DNA of 64,000 bases from Azolla caroliniana. Its lineage: Eukaryota; Plantae; Polypodiophyta. Position numbers and translations under genes: made by a program. The notes beneath the pieces are model-generated. The model saw nothing but the letters and a program-made list of their open reading frames with translations, was not told where the DNA came from and ran no database searches. Shown in pieces: positions 12,662 through 26,564 of this stretch (its first letter is position 1; the number at the start of each line of letters is the position of its first letter). The stretch is taken from the NCBI GenBank assembly GCA_043228905.1, contig JBHGNT010000004.1, positions 21,018,001 to 21,082,000 on the forward strand. The letters are read 5' to 3'.

Positions 12662-13116
12662 TGTAAAAAGTAACGTGCGGAAGCAAGTATGAAGACCGAA
12701 CAAAAGGAAGAAAACTCAGGTTTAATGGAGAGCTTGAGCTTACGCAGTATACACGGGAGAGACAGAGAGAGTGAGAGAGAGAAAACACAAGAACTATATT
12801 CAACAAAAGTACACAATCTCTATTCACCACACTATACATATGTGTGTTCAATGAACACTTTTATACAAGTCCTAGAAGGACTGACCGAAGTACTGACAGT
12901 ACTTCAATGCTCATTAAGAGCTCCTACACTAACTCCCAAATATATTCCTCACGGAATATCTTTCCTAACGGCCTCCCGATTTACGCACCGATTTGGCCCT
13001 ACCTACGCACCGGTCTGTGTACCGGTTTATGCATTCGGCCTAACTGATTGGTCCCAACCGATCCGGTCCTCGGCTTCTTCAGCCGATCCGGCCGATGTTG
13101 AGCTTGTCTCTCAACA
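12662..13116. mobile_element. Solo LTR (455 bp, unrelated family, probably minus strand) inserted in RT of X
   Basis: TGT...ACA termini and 5-bp TSD CGAAT. Removing it restores GFANFYRKFI. Confidence 0.85.
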
Positions 13117-15119
13117 CGAATTTTTATCGCAAATTCATCAAGAACTACTCAAAGAAGGTGTTGCCTCTTACACAATTAACACATAAAAACCAACCATTCA
13201 TATGGAATTCTAGTGTTGTTGAGGCATTCAAAAGCTTAAAACATGTGTTCACATCAGCTCCTATTTTGATCCATGTTGACCAAGACAAGCCTTTTATTTT
13301 GGAAGCTGATGCATCAGATTTTGCACTCGGGAGTGTCCTGTCACAACCCAAAGAAAATAGGCTATTATATCCAATTGCTTTTCATTCGTGAAAATTTGAA
13401 GCTGCGGAAATTAATTATGAGGTTCACGACAAGGAGCTTTTGGCTATTGTCGACTCTTTTGAGCATTGGTGCCACTTCTTGGAAGGCTCTCCCCATCAAA
13501 TCATTGTCTATAATGATCACAAGAACCTAATGTATTTCCAGAATGCTCGAGTCTTAAATTGTCGATAGGCACATTGGGCACAATTTCTTACACGCCTTGA
13601 TTTGTTGATTGTGTATCGCCCCGCAATACACCAGGGAAAGGCAGATGCGCTATCTCGGCATTCGTACATGGCACCCTATTTAGGGGAACCTACTTTTGAT
13701 CATCAAAAGTAGATCCTCCTTGGTCCTGATCGTTTACAAGTGATGGTCGCTAATGCTTTTAAGACACCTACGGACTCGATACTTATAAGTACGATTCGTA
13801 CTGATCTTGAAGTAGACGAATTTTCCCAAGATGTCTTGAATCATATTATTCCAGATCATGCTTCTTGTTCAAGGTTGATGAATTCTCGTAAAGATTATAA
13901 TCAGTTCAGTTGGCATGATAATTTACTTTTTCGAAATAATTTGCTTTATGATGGCCGCTCTCGACTCCTTAATTTACAACATTGCCATGACATGCGATTG
14001 GCTGGACATTTTGGAGTTCACAAAACATTTTGTTGTAGATTGGTTCACTAAGATGGCACATTTTCTATCACGCACAAAGACTATTAATAGTCAAGAGACA
14101 TCAGATTTGGTTATGCGTGAAGTGTTTGGGCATCATGGTCTTCCTGATGACATCATTAGTGATTGAGGACCACAATTTATCTCAACATTTTGGAAACACT
14201 TGTTTGGGCTCCTCCAAATTGATTGTAAACTCTCTTGAAGCTATCACCCAAAGACTGATGGTCAAACCGAGCGTACCAATCAAACCGTGGAACAATACCT
14301 TCGTTGCTTCATCAATTATCAACAAGATGATTGGGTAGATTATTTACATTTTGCGGATTTTTCTTACAACAATTTAGTTCATTCTTCTACCAAAATTATC
14401 GCTTCTTTGCCAACAAGGGTGTTCATCCCCGTTGGACAATTCTTGACCACCCAAGAATCTCGAAAAACCCCGTTGCGGAGCATCGCCTACGTCATATCCA
14501 AGAAATTCATATTGCTCTTTCTCATCATTTACATCACGCTCAAGCCACCCATAAGAAATTTGCAGATCACCATCGACTCAACTCATCACTGGAAAAACCC
14601 AAATTTCAAGTTGGAGATCGTGTATATGGCTCTTACGACGTAATGTGAAGACCACTAGGCCTTGTAACAACCTGGATTATCAACGCCTTGGTCCATATTT
14701 AATCACTAAAAAGATCAATGGAGTTGCTTTTCAACTCGATCTCCCTCCTCAAATGCGTCTTCACCAAGTGTTCCATGTCTCACTATTGGAACCTTATACT
14801 TCAAACTATTCCAGATCGCGTTGTTCCCCCTCCACCTTATATTGAGCTTGATGAAGGCCTAGAATATAAAGTAAAATCCATTTTGGACTCCAAAGTTGTG
14901 AAGAACAAATTGTATTACTTTGTTGATTGGTTGGGTTATACACACGCGGATCAAACGTGGGAGCCAGCTGAAAATCTCAATAATACCAAAGAACTGGTGG
15001 CTGAATTTCATCAACGATATCCAAATAAGCCAACTCCTAGTTCGTGCATTGCGCCTCGTGGAACTCGTCGTCAAAGGAAGGGGATAATGTCATGAACATA
15101 TACCAAAACTCCAAGACTT

Positions 15120-15190
15120 GTAATAAGGATTCGAACCCATGACCTCTTCAAAGATAATGTGTAGCTTCAACCACTAGGATACATCATATT
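15120..15190 (-). other. tRNA-like A-box/B-box cassette in the LTR of X, antisense to the element
   Basis: Minus strand reads TATCCTAGTGGTT...GAGGTCATGGGTTCGAATCC with tRNA-like spacing. Confidence 0.75.
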
Positions 15191-15525
15191 ACATTTTCTA
15201 AATTATAAATTCTTATATTCTATCATGAAGAAACATATCTAATAGTGTGAAACGTTGCCACCATATAGGCTAACGCATGATTACCAAGTGTCATACTTGC
15301 ATGAATGCCAAGGGGCATGCTTGCATGAATGACAAATGGCGAGCATGCATGTATCCAAAGCATGCTATATAAACATATAGCGAACTATTGATGAACCATT
15401 CCGGTTCAATGCCAGTCTTCGGCATACTCTTGTAACCCTTGTTCTCATTGCTAATACATTTTCAATATCGTATTTCTCTCTCATTCCTCTCTTATTTTCT
15501 ATTTCTCATTCTTTTCTTCATGTTA

Positions 15526-16710
15526 AACTTGTCTTTGGCTACGGCCCTGACAGCCATTGACAAAACAAGTTATTAACCATTTGTCCCCTACTAGATCCAA
15601 TTTTTGGATTTGGGTTCTACCATGGTGAACATAGTCTTCTAGCGAGGAAAACTTCCTGCTAGATAGGTTCATTAAAGCTTGAGCTGCCTTGGTTGGAGAG
15701 GGAGGTTGCAGAAATTGGCCCTTGAAAACTGTGACAAAATCTGTCCAAGTATCGGGCAATTTCCCCAAAGTTCAGAGCCCACACCACCAAGCGACGGCCT
15801 TACCCCCTAGTTCTCGGCCGACATATGCAATCTTCATACTATCTGGCATGGGATAGAGCTCAAAATGAGACTCCCATCGGCCCAGCCACGTGCAGATTGC
15901 TTCTTTGGTTCTTTCCCTTTTTTCTCCCGTAAATGTCTTTACGACAAATGATGGTTCACCTTGACGCTCATCGGGTCTATTAGTGTCACGTTCTAAACTA
16001 ATGACACGTTGTCGCGATATATCCGCGAGTACATGTAGGATCCGAGGTGGGACCACGGGGGTCTTGGACTAGGGAGTAGAGGAGAAGGAATAAGACACAA
16101 AATGGAAGCTTAGCTCAAGAGGAGAAGAGAATGAATATGACATGAGGATTGAACAAGAGATCAATGGAGGCAAAATACTCAACAAGTTATATTAAGAAAC
16201 ACAAACGAATACAACCATGGTGGCATAAGCCAAAACCCAACGGCAACAAGAAACCCTAACCTCCTAAGTAAAGAAGATGATGATGAAACCCTAGAAGAAA
16301 AACTAAACCGAATAGAGACCCTCGACCTAAGTGGTATACCTCTCTCACTCAAAATAGGCAACCCCTTCACAAGAGACCCCTTCCTTCCTTTTAAAGCCCA
16401 AGGAGGGAGGTACATTACAATGTGGGATAAATACTCCCCCTTATTCTATTCACTGTTTTCCTACTATACATGTGCACATGTTGCACACCCCTGACTTGCC
16501 CATTCCACCCCGGTTTCACACTATAGCCGGAAATCTTCACGACAACGTGCCTCGAGAGCACTTTGAGATTGCCGATGTTCGGACACCTGATGAGCGGTTG
16601 AACTAAGGAAATTTTGTATTTGAAAGAAATATGACTCAATGGACATTGGTCCAGGAGGATTTCCTTGAGTTCCTTCCGATTGAGCTAATGAAATTGGGTC
16701 GTTATTCTAA
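15526..16710 (-). pseudogene. Retrotransposon gag relic of another family, interrupted by solo LTR 16010-16544
   Basis: KTFTGEK..ICTWLGRWESHF..KIAYVGRELGGKAVAWW and TW.DFV..FK.QF motifs. The frame is continuous across the solo LTR (ALEAR|VISLERD). Confidence 0.7.
16010..16544 (-). mobile_element. Solo LTR (tRNA-Trp lineage)
   Basis: TGTCG...CGACA termini, TSD ACGT on both sides, U5 motif GGGACCACGGGGGTCTTGGACTAGG. Confidence 0.9.
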
Positions 16711-17679
16711 GCCATTGAATGATTATTTTTGGCAAAGAAATAGGATAAGTTCAGACAAATAGTCATAACATCAAGTCGTGATGTAAACATATCATGGGCC
16801 AACATTAATCAATATCATGATCTCACGTCAATACCCCTCTAGAAGTATGAGATAAGGTTCAAGATCAAGTTACTATGGTAACACAAAGGTGTTTTAAAAA
16901 CCATGGGGGTGACAAATGAATGTCTTTCCCTAATCTCTATATTGTTTTTTTCATGGCGGCTCCCCGAGGCTCAACCATGTATGCTCGCGTCATGAATAGT
17001 TTATACATGACAAAAATGTTAACAATAAAGTATGTTTTTGTGCCCACATATGTGGCTTTGGCTCTGTAAGTCCTATTACAAGGACCCCGAAGTGCACTTA
17101 GACCTAAAGTCTAAACATGTCTTATAGTCATATGTATCAACAATGTTGTATGGTCTTGGTCATATTTGAACTCGAGACCTCGAGAACAAATGCATTAAAC
17201 ACTTGAGCTAACCAAATAGGTTGCCCGTTGTTGTGAAGATTCCAGGCCATAAGAGGAAACGTTATCGAATACGCGGGAACACGGGTGTACACGAGTACAC
17301 TACCCTTTTGAATTAACTTATGTGGGAGAGTAACGAGGAGAGCAAATCAAGGAGAGAATCTAGGGATGGATGGCGATGGGTCATTAAAGCTTATGTAACG
17401 GTTGCTCCTTGTGGAATAAAAGGGGCGGCCTTAGACTGTTTTAGGGGACGATGTGGAGGAGAAGAAGGGGTGGCCGAACCAGAGACAGGAGCTCTCACCT
17501 CTCTCTTTCGCTGGCTCTCGATTGAAGCTCAACGACCGAACCTCGGAAGGTGAACTCTCTACTCATGTCAGTAGCCCGCGTGCTCCCGACCAAAGGTTCA
17601 CCTTACTATTGTTTGCTCGAGAGCTCGAAGCTCGGTCACGGAACCATTCCGGTTGTTTCCCTACTCTTCACGCGCACGT

Positions 17680-20600
17680 TGTCGTGATGTGGCTCGCCTA
17701 GAAGCGTAGCGTTGCGCACACAAAGGATAACATGAAAGTGAGGAAGGAATCACTGGGATTATGGACGAAAGAGACGAAAGAGTAGAGATGGAGTGAATAG
17801 AGATCAATAAGATATGACAAAATAGGATTTTTAAGGAATATAAGATAAGAAAAGACAAGATATAAAATAATATATGAGAAAGTGTATGAAATTTATAATC
17901 ATTTTCATTAGAGAGTTACAAAATGATTGTGCACATCGTTGAACCTCCGAACTTTGTCTTGCAAGGTAATCGCTCTTCTCTTTCTTGATCGTAGACCACT
18001 ACAATCTTCACTCAATATTTTGATGAAGATAAGGCTCGAACCGCCTCCCTCTTGTTGAGAGTTGACCACCACGACCGCCAAGCTAGAGCTCCACGTTTAT
18101 GTTTTGTGTCCCATCCAATTCACTAAGCTTATAAGTAAAGTTATCATATACTTTTCTTACTATATAAGGCCCAAACCATCTTTCAGTGAACTTGCGGACG
18201 GTGCTATGTTGATTATCTAAACTGCTATCATACACGAGCACCCAATCTCCTTCTTCTATTTTCTTAGGTCGAATTCTATGAGTTTTATCAAAACGAATTT
18301 TATTCTTTAGTCGAGCCTCCTTCAATTGTTGGGCTACTATTTCTATATCTTCAGGTCAACGCTCTAATTGTTGAATTCGCAAAGCAAGTAATTCTTCTTT
18401 GCTCACCTCTTCTCTCCATGGAATAGATATCCATGACATAATTGATTCTTCTATTGGCATGATGGGATTTTGGCCAAGTATCAATTCAGTTGGCATGTAT
18501 CCTGTTACCGAACTATGAGCTGTTCGATCCACCCATAGTGCATAAGGTAGCATGTGTGGCCAATCTCTTATTTTACCTTTACAGCTTTTCACGATCGCCT
18601 TAACTATTAGGCTATGTCCTCTTTCAATCTTTCCATTGGCTTCTGGATTATACGCAATTGTAAGTGATAATTTGACCCCTATTCGGCTGAAGAATTCTCT
18701 AGCTTCATCAGAGTCGAGTTCTCCTCTATCTGCAATTATTTTACCAACACACCCGTAACGACATAGTACATCTTCTAACAAAAATTTACATACAGCTCTA
18801 GTTGTTTTTTGTCGTAGTGTTCTTCCTTCTACTTGGTTTGTAAGGTCTTCTCTTGCTAGTACAAAATATCGCATTTGACCTTCCCCAAGTGGCATTGTCA
18901 CTAGATCAACCATCCATTTATAATGCATTGATGATGAATATGTTGGTTTTAGCTAATCTCGATACCGGATAGTTGAATACCTCTGGCAAACCTCACAGGT
19001 TTCCACAAATTTCGTTACATCTTTATACATATGTGGCCACCAATACTTTTCTTTCAACTTCATAAATGTCGCCCATATGCCTCTATGTCCTGCCCACAAA
19101 CTATCATGGAATTCATTAATTAATTTTCTCTTAATGCCATCCTTACAAATGACTCGAAGAGGATTTTCGGTTGGCCTTTTTGGACGTCTCCATAAATGCC
19201 CTTCATGTAAAAAAAACTTGAATGCTCGTCTTCGAAATTCATTTAATTGTTTCTTCGACCATGATGGGTTGGCTTCTTGAGTCTTTAGAAAATTTCCTAT
19301 TTCTAACCATTGACCTTCATACTATGTGTCTTTGAACATTATACTTACATTAAACTCATCATGAGGCGTAATAGATTCTTGATGAGCAATTTGATGGCTT
19401 GTAGTTGCCTAGTTCTTATCTTCAATTTGCATCACCTTTTCATTTATGAACCTTGCCCTTGACAACATATCTGCAACTGGGTTGTCTTTTCCCTTTATAT
19501 GCCGCAATTCTAGGTTCATGGTTCTGATGTATGCAATCCACCGAAGCATTGCAATATCTGGTGTTGTGCAACTTGCTATCATTCCAATGAGTGGCAAACA
19601 ATTTGTTTCAACCACTACATCTGCTCCGATCAAGTAATCTCTATATGTTTTTAATGCAGTAAGCAAACCCCACAATTCTCGTTTAACTTGTGCATAGTTT
19701 CTTTGTCTTTCATTTAATATCTTTGCTCCAAATCTGATAGCATATCGATGTTGGTCTTCATCTTCTTGGTTGATAACCCAACCGATCCTGATTAGGCTAG
19801 TATCAACTGTTACTATAATTGGTATTTCACCTTTGTAGTCTGGTTGACGAAGAACTGGTGCTTTCAGTAATGCTTCTTTCAGCTGTTGAACAACTTGTGT
19901 ATGTTCCTCAGTCCAAATAAACTTCTTTCCTTTTCTTAAAAGTTGGTAGAGAGGATCTGAGACATGTGCAAAGTGTGGTAACCAAATATGATAAAACACA
20001 TGCACCCAAAAATCTTCTCACCTCTGTTACCGAGTCGCAAACTTCCTTCATATTTTGTATTGCGTTAATTTTGATCGGTGAAGGCTTCCTCCCATAGCAC
20101 CCACACATATGACCAACTATTAGAACTTCGTTTTTCCCAAAGCAAGACTTTGTTCCTGATAGTGTCAAATGTACTTGCTCAAGCTTATTTTAAATACTTT
20201 CACAGTCATTAATGTGATCCATCACAAACTTTCTGCAACCATCTCCAACCATAGTCTCATCTTTCTCTCTTTCTAAGCATCCCTTAATAGGAATATCATC
20301 TAAAAATGGCATAGTTACCTTTGGGATGTATTCATGTAGAACTTTGTTCATTGCATTCATCATATGAGCAACCGAATTCGTCGCACCTTGAGGTAGAGTG
20401 CACATTCGAACCAACCCAATTGGTGTTTTCATTGTTGTGATATTGCGACTATCAATTGCTAGTTGAAATTGGTCGTATCCTGAATATAGGTCTCCCATAG
20501 AGTAAATCGCTCTTCCAGCAAACGCTTCCGCAAATTCATCAACGATCGATCCGATTCCCGCATTTCGGATTGTGACTTTGTTAACTGGTTGTAGATCTTG

Positions 20601-23600
20601 AATGAATCTTAGAGAACCATCTTTCTTTGGGACTGTGAACCATCTATTGGAGTATGGTACATTTGAAGGCTCTAAAATCTTCATCTTGACTTTATCCTTC
20701 AGCAACTCCAACAATTGAGGTAATCGAGCTCTCGGTACTGCAATAGGTTTAAAATTCCAAGGAATATGAGGGATAGTAAATATTACCATTGGCGTCACCA
20801 CCTTTGGATTTACACAACCAATCTCCTCAGCTTTGAATGCGAACGCTTTCCCATGCCTAAAGATCATTTCTTTGAAAGTCGCGATCTCTAATTGCAGAAG
20901 AAATTCACCCCTTCCAATTCTCAAGTTATTTATTGTCTCCGATGTGAAGTGATGTCTGATCTTCTCTATTGGTCGAAGCATAGGCTCGGTTGCTGTTGCC
21001 TCCATCTTCTCTTCACTACCAATAGGTAATGGTATTGCAGCAGGTTTGACCTTTTTATCTATTGTTTTGTATTTTGTATTACATAAACTTTCTACTTCTT
21101 CATATTTACAATTATACCTATCAATCTCATAATACATATCAATTGAGTTTACATGTATCTTTCTGACATTCTCATCATCTTCTTTCAAATACATTTCTAA
21201 CTCTTCTAAAGTATTTGCAAAAGAAATTTCTTCCATAACACTTTCAATCTGCTCTTCCATTTCAAGTACTCCATTATCCTTCAATGCCTGCTGAAACAGA
21301 TTAGCATTCTTTTTCAAGTTCCTCTTGCATTCATACATCCTAGTCACACATATAGCACCACTTTCAAAAACATGAAATGACTTATTCATATGTTGTAATG
21401 CCCTATATGAGGGTCTTTTAATAATGGGACTATTGCAACCCTCACTCGCAACAATCCTAGTCAAAAACTTGATTATCAAAATCATCACAGTCTTTTGGTA
21501 TTGAATGATCACGAAGCTCTTGCTTGTTCCTCTCATGATTTGGGCGAACTGTCATAAATTGTACAGTTCATCGTCCATCTTGGCTACGGATTTTCGCATA
21601 AGCAGAACCATTGTCGAGGACTTTGGTCTCCATCCGTACCGTTGTAACGTATGGTTGCCCCAGGATTATTGGCTAGGTAGATCCTTCCTGCACAAAGAAA
21701 TGTTGTTCTACCTCTATATCACCAATAGTAACCTTTACATTTGGGCATGCACCAAATAAATCTTCCGTGACTGATGTGGCAGCTTTTACTCGCCAACCAT
21801 GTTGAGTATCAATTGGCCATCTACCTTTCCTGTAAAAATCAGCACTCATTATATTTATTTCAGAACCATGATCAATAAGTGCCATCACGGGGTCTGGAAC
21901 ATTTCCAATTTTCACATGATGCTCAGTAGTGGCTCTTGCCCAACATTTGCGAGAGTAATGGCTTCTTACATCTATTGAATTTATCATTGAGGTTGATGCA
22001 TGTTGAGAGTCAACAACGATATTGTTTGACTCGTTGCTCACCACTTCATATGCCACCTTCAGATTTGTCTCTTTAACCTGCTCATTTACTTGCTTCTTTC
22101 TTCGCACAATATCAATTATTTAATCATGAAATTCCTTTTTTGCAATACCTAACACTTCTCTTAGTGTAAATTCTACTCAACTGTCTAGTATTCTTGTTTC
22201 TAAAACTTTCTTTAAATCTGTATCCTTTTCAATATCAGACATTAATTTGAATGAAGGACCAGATTTACCTTTTTCGACCTTTGTGTCCATCTCTTTTCTT
22301 TTGCTGTCTCTTGTCTCATGTTTTTTTGTTGAGCCAATCTCATCATCCGGCCTTTTCCTTTTTTCTTCCACTATCACCTCATGCTCTTGGTGTTCTGCCA
22401 TCTGAGCATAGACCGTCATAGCATCTACTAGAACATCCCATCCAGTGTTTTTCCTTATAGAATCTCCAGCAACATGAAGGTCTTCCATCTTCATCTTTTG
22501 CTTTTGTGCAGTACTTACAACCTTCTCCCAGAATGATGATCGGGATGGCATGTCATCAAGGCGCATTCCTGTCGTTGCCGAGTAGTACATTGCGGAAGCC
22601 TTCTTTGCTTCAACTTCTTCAAATTTAACCTTGACACCACCATCACCAAAGTTCTTTGTAAGTGGACTTCTAGTTCAGTTAAATAAATGTTACCATTTTT
22701 CCAATACACCAAGTCTCGATTTTCCATGTCTTTATATTCCGCACAATCACGTAATCGATGTTCGAGACTATCACACCACATGCATCGAGGTCGAAATGAA
22801 TCCCTTGACCTCGAAGTTTGACCATTCTCAAGCTTTGCCACTTTAATTGTTAGATCTTTCATACTTTGAACTAAATCATCAAGCAAAGACTCACTCTTAG
22901 TTTCGATCATTTCTCGTGGTTGATGGACCATTTCATGTGACAGTTCTCGACCAAGTCTTTGAACTTCGATGTTTTGCTCAAGCCGATTTGTGATTCCCAC
23001 ATGCGGTATTTGTAGCATTGCACCATTCCTTTGCATTCTTTTCATAAATTTATTACAAGCATTTGTTACCTCATTCCAATCTGCAGTTATACCATCCTCG
23101 GTATTTGGTACTTCAAGCATAAATTCCAATTCTTTTCTATATCTCTTGTCAACTACCTGCAAAAATAAAGCAACCTTTTGCCAAGACAAAGAATTTCATT
23201 CTTCTGGCTTTAAGTGTCCATACATCCTATCAAACTCTTTTTTTGTGTCAGCCACAGATAACCCTTTATCTTCTTTTAAGATCCATTCATGAAATGAACG
23301 CATAGTAACTCGAGAGAAATCTTCACGAGAATATTCAGACACGAGTGCTTCTTTGAAGGCATTCCAATCCAAACTATGCAATGCTTGTATTTCACGAATT
23401 CTATCTCTTAATTCCATTTCTACTAATTTATAAAAGTTTGTTATCATATTGACATCATTCACACCAAACATTTCCATTTCATCATAATATATATTGACAT
23501 ACTTTGAGATATTTGTGCCATCAAACACACCAATCTTCTCTCGGACTTCTCATAAGGCATGAAATAATTGATCTTGGTTCAATTTTTCAATAAATAACCT

Positions 23601-24812
23601 TACCGAATCCATTGTACTTGTACTTGCCATATTGATGTTGATCTTTACTTTCGATGTCTCTTCTACTTCCCCGTTTCACGTCGGGTTCACCAAATTGTGT
23701 CGTGATGTGGCTTGCCTAGAAGCGTAGCGTTGCGCACACAAAGGATAACATGAAAGTGAGGAAGGAATCACTGGGATTATGGACGAAAGAGACGAAAGAG
23801 TAGAGATGGAGTGAATAGAGATCAATAAGATATGACAAAATAGGATTTTTAAGGAATATAAGATAAGACAAGACAAGATATAAAATAATATATGAGAAAG
23901 TGTATGAAATTTATAATCATTTTCATGAAATGATTGTGCACATCGTTGAACCTCCGAACTTTGTCTTGCAAGGTAATCGCTCTTCTCTTTCTTGATCATA
24001 GACCACTACAATCTTCACTTCAATATTTTGATGAAGATAAGGCTCGAACCGCCTCCCTCTTGTTGAGAGTTGACCACCACGACCGCCAAGCTAGAGCTCC
24101 ACATTTATGTTAAACTTCTTCCCTTCTTTCTCTATTTTTATGGTACCTCTTATGTAATACATAATTTGATTGATATCTCATACATATCTCTTATTGATCT
24201 TCTCTTTCACCCTTTAAATAGGTGCCCCCATGCATATGATGCATTGGAGGGTACAAGACATGCATGTGATGCATGATCGCCATTTGGCATTCATGCATTA
24301 CATGTGATGCATGATAAACATCTCGCTCATTTGAGCTTTTATGTATGAAACAATATATGCAATAAGAATAAACATGAAAATATAATCTTAAAGAGAAAGG
24401 ACCTAGCCTAATGATAGGTGTGTTAACTTTGGTGTATGAGGGTGTGGGTTCGAGTCTCAAAATACTATTGAATACAACATACAACTTTATTTTTATATCA
24501 TGAAGCAAATCCTTTATGTAATATAAAGTATATATAAAGTATGCTTTATTTTATGTATATTACTAGTATAGAGTAAATGGTAAGATTTGAGAGTCATGGG
24601 GTGGTGTTATTGGTTCAAGTCCTCTCTTGTTCGTGTAATATAATATATTTATCTATCTATATATATATATTATTTTTCTTTACATATATATCTAATATTA
24701 TCATATGTGTTGTTAATATTATCTTTATATATAAAACATTATCAAATGTTATTTTAGTTACGTATTTATCTTAGTGTAGACTTTTAATGTGAAGCTTTCG
24801 TACTTCACGACA
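17680..24812 (-). mobile_element. Element E: AT-rich gypsy of the tRNA-Trp lineage inserted in the 5' LTR of D
   Basis: 5' LTR 23698-24812; partial 3' LTR 17680-~18103; TSD ACGT/ACAT; gag 22177-23600 with CMWC..H..C knuckle; PR ALIDHGSEIN; RT 20190-21536; RH 19409-20005; INT 18083-19100. Confidence 0.92.
24397..24465 (+). other. tRNA-like A-box/B-box cassette in the 5' LTR of E, antisense to the element
   Basis: TAGCCTAATGATA at 24404 and GTGGGTTCGAGTCTCA at ~24444, followed by a T-rich run. Confidence 0.72.
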
Positions 24813-26564
24813 ACATTCTACCCACTAGCGTTAATCTACTACATCGTTTTACGTTGCTATTCGACTAGAGACTTTGTCACTGACTCTGATCCAGTTGTAA
24901 TCGCATATTGCGTTATGCGCCCATTCGCTTTAATATAACTTACCTTGTTAATCCGAATAGCTCGCGGTGTCTCTTTCTTGTCGCGTCGTGTCGGGCTGGA
25001 AACACACGATTCTCTCTCCGCTACTCTTCTCTATCTACCCACGGTCTTTGTGTTAACGCGAAGTGTAGACTCTTTCCCCTCACTTCCTGATTCCTTGGAT
25101 CAAGACCCCCGTGGTCCTACCCCGTTTCTACGCATCCGCACGGAATACCACGACATCTTTGGTGAACCCGACGTGAAACACGGGCAGAACAGGAATCTGA
25201 AAATCAGAGGGAGTGAACTCGCCGAAGCGATGGCGGTGGCTGTAGACCGCCTAGTTAGTGCTCGCGAGGGCATGAGTGCCCTCGACAGGGCCATAGAAGC
25301 AACGGTCGACAAGATAGGCCGGTTCAGTGGTAAAGACACCACGAGTTACCTGGAGGCCTACATATCCGAGATGCAGATGAGGAACATTCCGGAGGACAAA
25401 TGGCTGACCAGATTTCCACGGCGTGTGACGCCGAGCATCCATGCAAAAATGATCGAAATACAAGCAGGATGCTGCGATTGGGCAGACTTTGCGGAGCAGG
25501 TTCTCGAGCGGTACAACTTCGATGACTCAACCGGGTTGACAGCCCTGGCAAGGGTCAAAACCCTTCAGCGCTCCTCCAGGAGTTCGAGTCACGATTCGCG
25601 CGACTTTCAACGTTGGACCGGACTGTGCTTGACACGAGCAAGGTTCTGCTATTCTTTAAATCATTCGATTTGCTCAACCACAACAATGTGGGCCTACTAT
25701 AGACAAACAACGGTCTCACAGTCGACTGGTCGATGACAGGCGGGCAAGAAAGACCGGAGGAGCAGGCCCTTCGAGGAGGTATGACACCTAGAGCAGACCC
25801 AAGAGGCACGATGCCGCTCCAACTGGGTCCTAGGAAAAGGAAAAGGGCAAGGTTCCGAGCTTCCGACTAAGCTCGGAGATCGAGAAAACGACGAACTTGC
25901 GGAAGGTTCTGGAGGAGCGAGTTCTCGATAGTCGCGTAGAACTCATGCTGAGGTAAGTGCTAGGCATAGCAAGGAGAGAATTCCACGACAGCATCGTGGA
26001 TCTCGTGAAGAGAGCGTCTCACGATGGAACCGGAACCGGAAAAGCCGTTTGAAGTAAGGTCAACGCTCCTCGACGAGATGACCGCGGAAGACGAGCTTGC
26101 GGAAAGCCACTACGCCAGGCCACACTGGGCAAGAGCGACAACAGAAACCCCGGTTCATATCGGGGATGTGAAGGAGTCAATGGTAACGTTGATCGACCAC
26201 GGGTTGGAAATTAACCTAATGTCCATGGACTTCTACAAAAAGGGGAAATGACCAATCAACATTAAACATAGATGGAAGATACACGCGGCTACGAGGGCCA
26301 TAGAAGAGCTACACGGGGCTTGTCCAAATGTCAAAGTAAGTGTTGGGGACGTCGAGATAGACCCGCACTTTTTCGTGCAGGAGACGTCTTCCCATCTGGT
26401 CATTCTCAGCGAACCATACATCACGGCGGCTCGAATGGAGACCAAAGTACTAGACAATGGTTCAGCCTACGCTAGGGAAAAAGTCAGGACGTCCATCATT
26501 CCGTCCAGTTTTTGATAGTATGGCAGAATCACGAGCGAAACTGGGACACCCTCAGGAACACCGG

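Larger units (their letters stand above)
11401..15525 (+). mobile_element. Chromovirus X, 3' part (PR-RT-RH-INT-chromodomain, 3' LTR 15088-~15525)
   Basis: [36 protein letters not shown], chromodomain EYKVKSILDS..YFVDWLGY..TWEPAENL, PPT GGAAGGGGATAA, then TGTCATGAAC. Many stops. Confidence 0.92.

Noticed and set aside
12689-13186. 165-aa ORF and similar ORFs spanning LTRs (e.g. 19-282, 4287-4580, 23676-23999)
   Set aside because: They lie in LTR or low-complexity sequence or cross insertion junctions, and show no coding signature.
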